Source: Cenococcum geophilum (lineage: Eukaryota). Taken from it: a DNA stretch of 64,000 bases. The stretch covers positions 5,022,001-5,086,000 of the forward strand of contig CP158636.1 of NCBI GenBank assembly GCA_050273025.1, written 5' to 3'. A program made the translations under genes and the position numbers. The notes beneath the pieces were generated by a model. That model did not search any database. It saw only the letters and a program-made list of their open reading frames with translations, and had not been told where the DNA came from. Shown piece after piece: positions 51,975-64,000 of this stretch (positions are counted from its first letter, which is position 1; each line of letters opens with the position of its first letter).

Positions 51975-54900
51975 ATATCGGCAGTAGTATAACTACTAAA
52001 AAGAGATATAAATGGGTTAGTTAAGACAGTATGGGAGGCACTAAAACCGATTAAGCTATAGGATAAGGGGTAGCTAAATTACGTAGCTAGTTACGTTATA
52101 AGTTTAGAACGTAGGAATGTAGGAATATAAGAACGCGACGTACCAACGTACTAACGTACTAACGTACTAAACCCTTTACTATAGGGAGGAGTTATATATT
52201 TACGGACGTATGGTCTCTATAGATAGTTTCTTTTCTTTATAGTAAATCTTAGAATATAATTAGAGTTAATCTATTAGGCAACTACTCCACTAGTTATTAT
52301 TATATTATTAACTTCTTATTTACCTATATACCTAGCCCATTAATAAGTCTACCGTAGTTCCTACTATAAGGCTTCGTTATATATTTACTACTAAGGTTAC
52401 GGTATTAATAAAGTTAAATAATATGCTACTAAAAGCAGCAGTTATAACGCCGTTAATGGTAGCAACTATATTAGGATTAGGTAATAACACCAGTATAGTA
52501 AATACTAACTCTTAGCTAGTTACCGTTGGATAGCTACAGGAAATAGTTAATTAATTAATAGATAATAATAGGATATTTAAAAAAAGGATTAACGGGATTA
52601 GAGCAGCTAAGATGAAGTTACCCTTAATTAAGCGATTTTTAGGGGAGAAGTTAAAACTTAAGGGATTCCTTATATAAATGCACTTTAAGGTTATATAGGA
52701 AGGAGTAAAGCTAGGAATGCCTATAGATTAAGTCGCTTATATAGGATTATTTTTAACAGGAAAAGTACTTAAGTAGTTTAAACCTTACCTTATAGAGGTA
52801 TAGAAGCATAGCATAATAACTACTAACTAGGAAGTATAGTATATATTCTTAAATTAAAGCGGGTTTATGGAATACCTAATATAAATATTTAAAGACCTAG
52901 AGGTAACTACTATAGTAGAAAAAAAGCTTTAAAATCTAGTATAGAGAACTTTAGTAATTAAATATATGATATAGTTTTAAATATTGGTAATATAGGTTAA
53001 ATAGAATAATAAGGCGCTTATAGCATAGTATAAATAGGGACTTAAGGTAAAAGTTTAGGACGTAATTATCCTAATAGAAGATATGGATACTTTTAGGGAA
53101 TTAATTAATTAAGTAATTAAGATTAATAATAGGATTTACTAAAGAGAGCAGACCAAGAAGGGTTGAGATAGAGTTTTATAGTTATATAAGGCGCAGGGCA
53201 CGTAATAATAAAGTTAAAGTTAGAAACTATAGTATAGCGTAGAGTTAATAGACCTAAGTAGTATTAAAGAAAATAAGAAATAAAATAAAAGACTATAGAA
53301 ACCTAGAGGATAAGGATTAAGTAATTAAAGGTTTAAGAAGCAGAGGCTAAACTAGGGATCTTAGTAGTAGAAGACGTTTAGGCGGACTCTATAATAAGAA
53401 AAATAGTTTTAAAAGGGGGCTTATATAAATTGCGGAAAATAGGGTTATTATATTAAAGACTATAAAAGTAGTTAGAGTTACTATATAATAAAAGGAATAA
53501 GACTAGTAAAAGATATATATATATAGAGGGATAATAGTATACTACGAGGAACAAAGGAATGTTTAATTAAAAGTTTTGCGTTTTGTTATAATAACGTATA
53601 CTAAATTTATAAAGACGCTAAGTATAGCGTAAGCTATTAGCTATAGGAGCTAAAATTATTAAAGTTTAGAGGAACTAATAAACCATCTCGTAGATTGGAT
53701 ATTAAGGACGATAAATTTAATATAGGCGAAATATTTAGTAATAATAAGGTAATAAAGGTAGCTTACTAGGAGTATATAGACCTTAGAGATATTATAAAAG
53801 AGGTAAATAATAATTCTACTATAGGATAGGGAATATTAGTAGGGATTAAGACCCTACTAGATATAATATCTATCGCTTTATAAAACGTAAGAGAAGTAGG
53901 ATAATAAACCACTTTAGTATTTAATAAAGGTAAAAGGCCACAGGCCTAAGATTTTTAAAAAGAGATAAGATAAGCCCAAGGACCTATAACGGACGATAAT
54001 TAATAGAGCAGAGTAATAGCTTAGTTTAGTAATATACGAATAAGCTTAGGACGAAGTTTCCCAAAGGTATAAAATTCTTAAAATAAGATAAGTAAGATTT
54101 AAGACTCTTAAGACAAGGTAAGAACACTGTTAAAGCCTAGTTAAACTAAGGCTAGAGCTAAGCTTAAGAAAGAAGTAAGCTTAGAATTAAGAATTCTATA
54201 GGACTAAGATTTCTAAATATAAATAAAAACTATTAAGAAATATAACACTAAGATTAAAAAGTAAGAAGACTTTAAGGATTTACTTATAAGGCGAAAAATA
54301 AAAGAAACTATAGAGAAATTTAGATAAAGAATCCTTATATAGTAAGAATAGAAACTAGACTAGAGATTTAGTATACTAGGTTATATAAGGGACAGAGTAC
54401 CTATATAAAGAATTACTAATAGACCTAAAATAGGTACGCTAAGAGTAAAGTGGCTTATTAAACTAGAAAACGAAAAGGATTTAGGAATCCCTATTAGATT
54501 TAAAGAATAATATATAAAGGGCTATTACAATATAGTAATAAGAAGATACTTCCTTATAGATAAGCTATATATACTTTAATAGCTATACTAAAAGTGGTAT
54601 AGGCAATGACATAATAATAAGTAGGAAGATTTCTATATATGGTTAGATAAGTAAGTTATCTAAGACCACCCTATTACGGAAAAGGCTATAAGTTATATTA
54701 AAGGAGCCTTAATTATAACGTTAAAGGATCTAAAGGAACGATTAGAGGACTAAAAAAGTAAGATATATATTTTAGTACCCGTAAATAAAATTATAATGTT
54801 TAAATTAATATAATAAAGGTTTAAACTTAAAGATAAAGTTAAGTTAAGAGTTAACCTAAAGCACCTGGTATATTATGCGCTATTATAGATTATATATATA

Positions 54901-57619
54901 GATAATATATATAAGATATATAAGAATCCAAAAGAGAAGAATTAGAAGTACCCTATAAGGATATATTGGGCGCTAGAAGAGTAATAATATAGAAATGTTA
55001 AGTATATATACGGATAGCATTTAATAGAAGCTTAGGAGTTAGGAGACTTAATACTTTAACTAAAAAGATTCCTTATAGAAGAATACTTAGACGGATAATA
55101 GTAGTAGAAGTGCCTAAAGAATATATATCTATAGTATATAGAGAATAAAAAGCGAACTAAGTATTAGCTAAAGAGCGAGCTAAGTATATAAAGATTAAGC
55201 AGCTAATAGTTAGGAAAAGTAGAGGCCTATAGGACTAAAGGGAGCTAGTAGTAGAGCTTTAGACCCTTAAAGGAATTTAAGGATAACACCTAAATTTATA
55301 AGTTAATTAGTAAGATTAGCAGTTTAAAGTATTAATAGATAGTAGAGTAATACGGAACTATATCTTACTAGTAGTAGTTAAAAAAAATAGGATTACCTTA
55401 TAGATAGAAGGAGTAATCTTACCTATTAGTTATAATTTTAAGAGATTTAATAACCTATAGAGGAGGGATTATTAACCTTAAAATAGGACCTATTTAGATA
55501 ACTATTAAAGGGAGATAAATTAAGATATCTTTTAATATCCTACTATTAGGATAGGATAAGGCAGTATTAAAAATGCCTTAGTTATAGGAATATAACCTAA
55601 AGATTAATTGGATTATAGGTTAGGTTAATATTAGAGATACTTAATAACGTAAGATACGTATAGTAACTAAGTTAGAGCAATATATAAAGAGATTAAGTAA
55701 GGCTTAAGTTATATACTAAAGAGATACTATAAATATAGCAAGAAGCTATAGAGCCTAGAAAGTAAAAAGCTAGTAGATTATATAGTATAGGACTATAAGA
55801 TAAAGTTAGAACTAGAAATAAGTCTAAGGTTTTTTCTAACCTATAAGTTTACTTAAAAGGAGTTAAGAGCACTTAAAGAGTTTATTTAAAAGAACTTATA
55901 AAAGGGGTATATTAGACTATTATAGTTATTAGTAGGTTATCTAGTATTATTTATACTAAAGAAGAACAGAAAACTTAGGCTATATATTAACTATAAATAG
56001 TTAAATAGTATTACTCGGAAGGATAGGTATCCTTTACCCTTAATTAGCGAAATTTAGAACTAGATAGGTAATGCGTAAATTTTTATAAAGATAGATCTAA
56101 GATAGGCGTACCATTAGATTAAAATTAAGGAAGGCAATAAATAAAAGGCAGTCTTTAGGTTAAAGAAAGGACTATATAAACTATTAGTTATATAATTAAG
56201 ATTAATAAATATACTAGTAATATTTTAAAAGCGAATTAATAGTATATTAGGAGAACACCTTAATAAGTTTATTATAATATACCTTAATAATATTATTATC
56301 TACTTAATAACTAAGAAGGAATATAGGGAATATATTAAATGGGTTTTAAAGAGACTATAAGAGGAATAGATGCTAGTAGTAATTAAAAAATGCGAGTTCT
56401 TTACTAGGAAGACCGATTTTGTTAAATTTATTATTAAACTAGGTTATATTAGTATAGACCTAAAGAAGATTAAAGCTATAGTAAATTAGTAAGAACTAGA
56501 GAATCTAATATAGTTAAGGTTATTTCTAGGGTTTTGCAACTACTATAGGAGGTTTATAATATAGTGGTTAAAGAATATTAAACTATTTACTAGGCTTATA
56601 AAGAAAGAGGAACTATAGGTATAGGGAAATAAATAAAAGAAGTTATTTAAGGAACTTAAGGAGTTATTTACCTAAGAGCTAATCCTTAAAATCTATTAAC
56701 TAGGACTAGACATAGTTGTAAAAAGAAATATATTAGACTTTATACTAGGAGTATACTTGCTATAAAAGTATTAGGACGTATAGTATCTAATAGCATACTA
56801 TAATTAGAAGATAACATTACTAGAGTTAAACTATAACATCTATAACAAAGAGTTATTAGGTATAGTTATAGTATTTAAGAAATAAAGAGCATTCTTATAA
56901 GGCGTAGAGAAACTATTTATAGTTAAAATAGATTATAAAAACTTAATAAGGTTTCTAATAATAAAAGAACTTAATTGTAAATAAGTTAGATAGGTAGAGA
57001 TATTTATAGAATACTATTTTAAGATTTAGTATATTAAAGGCACTAAGAATATAAGAGTAGATATACTAAGTAAAAAGGCTAAACTATAAAATAATAAGAA
57101 ACTATTAGGAGGAATACTACATAGAGATAAGGATAGATTAATTAGATATAATTACCCTAAGCTAGTAGTAACTTAAGAGGATAATAAACTAGAAAGAATT
57201 TACGAGACACTAGAGAGCTTTTAGGTATAAAGAATTCTAGAAGTATAGCTAGAAGATCTATAGATAGATATATATAAAAATTAAGAAGCGAGGTATATCC
57301 TAAAGAGCATAGAAAAGCATTTTATAAAAGATTTCTATAAGGGAATAACTTAAGGATATAATAGAGTAACAGGCTTAGTATTAAGACTTTAGGAAGAATA
57401 TATTATTAATAGGATTTAGAGTATAGCTAGAAAAGTAATAAAAGAGTATTTAGATTATTAAAGGAATAAACTAATAAGGTATAAGCTATATAGAGGGCTA
57501 TAACCTATTAAAATACTAGAGAGACTATAGGAGGTTATATTATAGAACTTTATTATTAAGTTACTAAAGTTAAGAAATCCTATTACCGGATAGAAGTATA
57601 ATATAATCCTTATAATAGT

Positions 57620-57839
57620 TATTGGGAATAAAGGCAAGTGGTCACCATATAAGGCATATTGCCGTCACGTGTAGCAAGTTGCCGTTACGTGCGGTAAGTT
57701 GCCGTTACGTGTCGCCGCGGCACTAGCGTGGCGAGGAGCCTTAAGCTCCTCGCCCTCCCTTATTAATTAAAAAGAAGAATAATAATTATTATACTATCTA
57801 CGAACCGTAGCTACGTGATATTACCTTGTATAACCAACA
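57620..57839 (+). repeat. Copia 5' LTR (220 bp; three copies of a 20-bp unit)
   Basis: TATTGGGA...CCAACA; TTGCCGTYACGTG repeated with a 20-bp period at 57659-57712. Confidence 0.95.
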
Positions 57840-58195
57840 CTAATTAGTGGTTAACTTTACTGTTATACTATAGAATAGCTAGGTATTCCACTAAGAAGAG
57901 ACGAGCCACTATACTAGTGCTACTCATGCTAAAGGGAGCTGTCTTTTAAGGTTAGAACTGGTTCTAAACCTTAAATAGAACTCTTTTATAAATCTAAGGA
58001 TCTAAAGGCCAGAACTAGTCCTAAGCCTTTCTAAGATTATAGATTCTTACGTCTATTACGCAAAACAATATACTTTACAAGTCTTCGCGATTTAAGGCTA
58101 GAACTAGTCCTAAGCCCTATAACCGTAAATATATATTACAAACGCGTACTAAACGATAATCTCTATATTAATAATACTTCCCTCCCTCCGAAAAT

Positions 58196-61100
58196 ATGGC
58201 TACGCCTACTTTAAATAACTGGAAAGACTCTTTATTATTAGGGGTAGCTAAGTACGCAAAACTTATTAATAAAGATTGGGACGAATTCGCCTTTAATATA
58301 ACAACTTATACCATAAAATAAGTTAACGGCTTTCTTCTATACTATATTATATTCTACTAAAATAGATACTATACCGATTTATAACTATAGGAGTATTTTA
58401 GGGAGGATTTTATAGGATAGACTGCTGATACCTAGGTACTTAGTAACGTTAATATTGTTTAGGATTTTTAAGACTTTCTCTATAGGAATAGGGTATATAT
58501 TACTAAGAACGGTAACCCAATTGCTAGTAATATTTAGGCCGTTATTACTAGTATAGAAGAACTAATATAGATAGAAGCTAAGATTATACGTTAACTACGG
58601 AAACCTAAAAATAACCTATACTCTTTAGAAGGCAACTTTAATTTATATTAAAATCCCTAGAATACTAACCCCCTACTTAAAGCTACTCTCCTACCTAAAG
58701 GTGCTCTCCTACTTAGAGTTGCTCCGCCTTTACCTCCTCTACTCTAGCTAACTAGTAAGCCTTTACTATAAAAAGTTACGAATCTAATAAAGGTATATTC
58801 GGACGAAGAGAAAAAGTTTAGAGGAGAACTGTATAATATGCTTAGAGCAAAACTATAGGTCTTTTATAACTGTTATAATAAGGTTAGAATTTAACGCTAC
58901 TAGTACTATTACGCTTTCTCTATTATGTTAAAGGGACGGATAGCAATATTCTATTACGACTATATTACGGGTAAAAACTATAGCTTTAATATAATGCTTT
59001 AGCTTACTAAAGCCTATTTTAAAACTAATAAGAATCGCTAACTTTATATATCTAAATAGCGAGAGACTATATTCTAGAGAGTTATTGCTTCTAACCTAAT
59101 AAAAACTTATTTAAAGTGCCTTTAACTACTCTTTAATAAACTTTAGAAAATCTAATATGGTTTTATTAAAACTTACTAAAATAAGAATAGCCTAAGGGAC
59201 TAGGTTATTTTAGCATGCTATAGCGTTCCTAAGTATAACTTAGCGCTATATAAACCTGTGGATACGTTTAAAGGAGTATATGCTAAGCTACGCTCTGCTA
59301 TAGGTACTACGATATAAATATAAGAATCTTAACAGTTTTATACTAAAAACCCTACTTAATAAAGTATTCCTAACTAATACGATTATAACTAGACTAATTA
59401 AATATATAGTAGCCGTAGTAGGGAATATAAAAGAGGGTATAATTAACGTTAACTATAAGGTAATTGTAGAGGTCCTTATAGAGGTTTATTTCGAAGTAAT
59501 TACTAAAAGAAGTGCTATATTTATAAGAAGCCAAATTGCTAGTTAACTAGATACTCCCTTAATAAGTAAAAAGAGGCATATAATAAGTTCCGTTAGAGTA
59601 TAAAAAATGTTAGAAATTATAAGGTTACTATAGCCTACTTTTAAAGCTTCCTAGTTTAATATAAAGGCGTAGAAGATCTTAAGGGTAAGGTTAATAAGGT
59701 TAAACAGCTTCTTATAAATATAGAAATTGAGGACTACTTTCCTAACTAATACTTTACGGAGTATAGTAAGGTAGATAGTATATAAACCATCGCTATTCTT
59801 AATAACTAATCTACGCTCCATTCTATTACGAAATTAAATATCTTTAATAAGCTAAAGGAGAGTTCTACGTTTTCCTTTAACGATAGATACTTGGCGTATA
59901 TCTTCTATAGTATTATACCGGATATAGGAGCCGTAGGAGTATCTATAGTAGGAGAACCTTAAGTTTGAGCTCTTTAGCAGCTTAATAGCTCTGTTTAGAT
60001 TAACTAATTAACGGTAGGCTAATATACGATTTGCTTTAGTAAAGGTACTATAATTTCTCTTAGCATAATTAGGGTCCAAACCCCCTTAGGATATATTACT
60101 TTCCATATTATTTCTACGAACACTCCGTTTCTATTTTATATTAAAGATATAAATAAATTAGGCGTTAGGCTTAATAACCTTAAGAATATACTTATTTAGG
60201 GAGATAATTAGGTGCCCGTTATACGTAAGTGGGGTTACTCCTAATTACTCCTTTATTAACTAGAAAAGAGTGTTACTTAGAGCTACTTAACTAAATTAGA
60301 ATTACGCCAATTATACCATCGTTTTAGCTACCTATCCGTTTATTAATTGCTTAGGGTTCTTTAACAAGTAGGCTATAAAGTTAAGGTTAAGGCAATTAAG
60401 TATCTTATAAAGTACTGCTATTACTACTAAATAAACTAGAAGTCCTCTGGCCGATTTAAGTTTACCCTTAAGGATAACTACGACTTTAACTTCTGTATTA
60501 TTATTAACGTTATATATCTTAGTGGCAAGCTAGTGCTCTAAGTTATTAACTTCTTAACCTCCTTCTAAGCCGCGCGTTTTTTAAAAGATATATTAGCTAG
60601 AAACGCATAGGATACCCTTTAGTTATGCTAGATTAATATCTATTTAGGACCCCCTAATTAAATTATCTATAACGTAGGAAAGAACTTCTTATCTATAGAG
60701 TTCCAATAATAAATAAAGGCAATGGCAATTAAGGTTAAGGAAGTCCCCGTTAAGGCATATAATAGTATTAGAAAAGTAGAGCGATATTACGCGCCATTAC
60801 ACCGCGTATATAAGATTATCTCTTTAGAACTAAAGGACGCTAATAAAGAACTTACCTTATAAATAGCTATTAAAGCTATTAATAATTCCGCTGGCCTAGA
60901 TGGACTCGTACCTATATTACTAGTCTTTAGCGCCTACCTTTAAATAACTAACAATTCTTTACTATCTTCCTCTATTATATAATAAGCCAAGGCTATTTAT
61001 AAGGCAATAAAGGAGGTGCGACGTCTCTACGCTATACGCTAGGTTAATAACGCACTAGGAATAAGAAATGGCCTAAATACCTTAATTACACTCGATCTGC

Positions 61101-63103
61101 CACTCTAGTTTAAAGTACGCATATAGCGTAAAAAGGGAGGATAGTTAGGCCCACACCAACTTATTATAATTAATAGTTAAACTTATACTATTTAGATGCC
61201 TTACGGACCCACTTAATTCTATTTAACTGTTATTAAGCCTTACTATAAAAATAACAATTTTAAGCCTTTGTAGGATGCCCTAGAAGATACCTAAGAGAAG
61301 AACTATAATTAATATGCTCTAGAAGGCGACTATAATCCCAATATAATTATAGTAGATGCGCTATAACTATAACGCAGTAGAGGTCGCCCGAAGGGATTAC
61401 GAAATCGCTAATATTTTATTAATTTTAAAGAATAATTTGTTGCTGCTATTAAGAATAGAGTTAAGTTATTAATGGCCTTTATAACAGCTAAAGAAAAGGC
61501 TAACTTTAAGCTCGCAAAACAGCTTTAAAAGGAAGGTTATATTATAACCCTAGGAGCTCCTTTCTAAGTATCTAATAAGCAGGAGATCGACGGTCTTATT
61601 ATAAGAGGAGTCTTTAAATTTAAGAAGTATGACCCTACTAAGTTTAATAAAGTTTGCATCTTTAAGTTAAGGATAGTTAATAAGATTAAGGGTAAAGCTA
61701 CTAACGCCCTATTTAAGAAATTAAGACTTATTATCTAAGGTTATAACAATAATAGTAAAGAGATAATTCTTATATAATCTCCTATAATTTAACGAGCTAG
61801 TTAGCGAGTTATTATTACATTAGCTCCCTCCTTAATAAAGGATAGAATGGCGGTTTATTTATAAGATATTACTTAGGCCTATACCTAATTAGAGACGCAC
61901 CTTTAGCGCTTAATATTAGTATACCTTCTAGAGTAAATTCGCCACTAATATCCCGAAGATACGATTATGGTTATGCTTAAGCTATTATATGGAATTACAG
62001 AGGTAGGAACTCACTAGTAGGCTACCTATAGTAAGCACTATAAAGAGAAGCTTTTAATAACTACTTCTATATTTAATCCCTACTTCCTTATTATAACTAT
62101 AGAAACTCCGTTCGGAATTATTGGCATATAAACTAATAATATAATTATCTTAGAAGATGACCAATTTTTAGCTCTTAAAGAAGATAAGCTAGTAAAGGCA
62201 AATCTTATAGTAAAGCTAAAGGAAAAGCTTAATTTAATAATACTATTACTCTTTAATAGATGCATCCTCTCCCTAAACTAGGATTCCATTGCTTTACGCC
62301 AGAAGGGTTAAGGTAAGAAGATTAATGTTATTAATATTAATTCTTTAAAGTAAGGATATATGGAGTAATGCGCTTGCGGAGCTTATATTACTTCTATCTG
62401 TTAACCTAAGTCTTCCTTTAATCTCTTAGTTGCCGCTTAACACTAGAAACTAACTAAGGATAATATTCTTGCCCTAAATAAGCGTCTTTCCTAGTAAATA
62501 AACTATCTTAATTGGGGACTACTCTACGTGCCTATTAATCTTCCCACCGCTAAGCTTTTTATATTTGTTAATGGATCGTTTATAAATAATAAAGATTTTA
62601 GCTCCTAGTTAGGATATAAGATTATTATCGCGAATAAATCTACTAGAGAGAATAACTTTATAATCTATAGTAACCTTATTTATTAGAGCTTAACTAAAAG
62701 TAAGTATATTACTTAAAGCGTTTTAGCGTTAGAGATATATGGAATGGTTAGCGGAGTTAATATAGCAATTGCAATTGGAACTACCCTAAAGATAATTATA
62801 GATTAACTTAAACTTCCTATTATTCCTATAATCGTGTGCACTAACTTATATTCCCTTTACGAGTGTTTAGTTAAGCTTAGTACTATAAAGGAGAAGCGTC
62901 TTATAATTAATATTATGGCACTTTAGTAATCCTACAAGCGTTAAAAACTCTTTAAGATTTAATAGATTAATAGCTAAGATAACCTAGCAGATATAATAAC
63001 GAAGGTAAACCTAAATAAGGCACTAGAGACGTTTGTTAACATAAATACTCTATATATATAAGTTAAAGGTTAGGTTAAAAGGGAGTCCCTAGAAATTTTT
63101 TAG
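58196..63103 (+). pseudogene. Copia gag-pol polyprotein
   Basis: Protease IIPDTGAAG (~59912), LRQLHHRFG.P...C..CQ (~60300-60430), EAHNSIGKVERYH (~60750), RT KSRL.IQGY.D, RDITQAY.QS and QTDDT (~61715-62150), RNase H FVDGSFANN.D.SSQ.G (~62565). Boundaries approximate. Confidence 0.9.
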
Positions 63104-63115
63104 TTACGTAAGGTC

Positions 63116-63277
63116 TTAAGATGTCTAGAAACTTTAACCGGCGGTTAAAGTTATCTAATTAGTTAGATTCTCTTACTAAGACTTTTTTAAAGGGGGGAGT
63201 ATAATATTCTACAGACCCTAACTTAACCTAGCTAATTAGGATTTTCTATCCCCGGGATAGAAAATTGCTATTAGCTC
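63116..63277 (+). other. Structured non-coding module in the Copia 3' UTR, shared with Gypsy D
   Basis: Aligns to the reverse complement of 15770-15943. Palindromes at 63130-63152 and 63241-63264. Confidence 0.85.
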
Positions 63278-63482
63278 GCTTACTACTAGCGCCTTAGCGG
63301 CCCTCTAAATAAGATACCTACCCATAACTTATAAGCAAGAAAGTACTACGTGCTAAAAGGCAAATTTTGGGATAGCGAGACTTATATTATAATAGTAATA
63401 GTAAGTAAGAAGGATTGATATTTGTTCCGCTAGTTAAGCGGTATATATATATAGATGGCAACCATAAAAGAAGGGTTGCTAG

Positions 63483-63662
63483 TGTTGGGAATAAAGGCAA
63501 GTGGTTACTATATAAGGTATATTGCCGTTACGTGTCGCCGCGGCACTAGCGTGGCGAGGAGCCTTAAGCTCCTCGCCCTCCCTCATTAATTAAAAAGAAG
63601 AATAACAATTATTATACTATCTACGAACCGTAGCTACGTGATATTACCTTATGTAACTAACA
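63483..63662 (+). repeat. Copia 3' LTR (180 bp; one copy of the 20-bp unit)
   Basis: TGTTGGGA...CTAACA followed by TSD ATAGT. Confidence 0.95.
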
Positions 63663-64000
63663 ATAGTAAACAAGTTAACTAAATAGGGCTACTTTATAGC
63701 ATATACAGAAGAAATCTTAGCAGAGGATATTACTAGAATCTATGTTAAAGAAGTGTTTGTAAGATATAGAGCATTAAGTAAAATTATATTAGACAGAGAT
63801 TTAAGATTTATAGCAGTATTTTAGGAGGTATTTTTAGCGGAATAAGGAGTTAGAGCAGTAACTTTTACTATATATTACCCGCAGACGGATAAATAAATAA
63901 AAAGATTAAATTAGACGCTAGAATAGTATTTAAGGCATTATATTAATTATATATAAAATAATTAGGTATTATTATTACTAGTTATATAATTTATATATAA

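Larger units (their letters stand above)
57620..63662 (+). mobile_element. Ty1/Copia retrotransposon, GalEa-like, complete, 6043 bp
   Basis: LTRs at 57620-57839 and 63483-63662. TSD ATAGT at 57615-57619 and 63663-63667. Domain order PR-IN-RT-RH. Confidence 0.95.
43856..64000 (+). mobile_element. Gypsy A4, running off the right edge; 5' LTR split by A3, integrase split by the Copia
   Basis: LTR = 43856-43873 plus 51980-52381 (420 bp). gag from ~52423, protease ~55335, RT YLDD ~56280, RNase H ~56730-57070, integrase ~57350-57619 and 63668-64000 (YHPQTDGQ ~63875). Confidence 0.9.

Noticed and set aside
57659..57712. CRISPR-like or other spaced repeat array
   Set aside because: Only three 20-bp-period units inside a eukaryotic LTR, with no unique spacers of appropriate length.
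63225..63277. Hammerhead ribozyme or C/D-box reading of the shared module
   Set aside because: De-RIP gives CTGATCAG and CTGATGG rather than CUGANGA with a properly placed GAAA. A core could not be assembled by eye.

Overview
The window is AT-rich fungal (filamentous ascomycete-type) repeat DNA heavily mutated by RIP (strong TpA excess, CpA/TpG depletion, reading frames broken mostly by TAA/TAG). It contains no intact gene. It resolves into a single nest of transposons, five layers deep, rooted in a 1.7-kb relic of an intron-containing DUF6589-like gene (30053-31791, minus; putative Academ-type transposase). Left arm: Gypsy F is interrupted by Gypsy B. B is interrupted by Gypsy C (10300-26062, TSD ATTAA), which contains Gypsy D (15463-22380, TSD AAGCG), and by Gypsy A0, which contains a Tad1-like LINE. 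Right arm: Gypsy A1 is interrupted by a 443-bp TRIM (TSD TAATA), Gypsy A2 (35049-43025, TSD CCCTA) and Gypsy A4. A4 contains Gypsy A3 (43874-51974, TSD ATATC), which holds a 140-bp MITE, and a GalEa-like Copia (57620-63662, TSD ATAGT). The most notable observations are: a ~165-175-bp multi-hairpin non-coding module shared by the 3' UTRs of a Gypsy and a Copia element; a TRIM with a 14-nt Tf1-like self-priming site and a highly structured interior; a MITE with an apparent AT target duplication; a ~265-codon extension after the chromodomain that runs into the LTR in family A; and a 2.3-kb possible accessory-gene region in element C. Protein motifs were read by hand with mental reversal of RIP, and no database searches were run.
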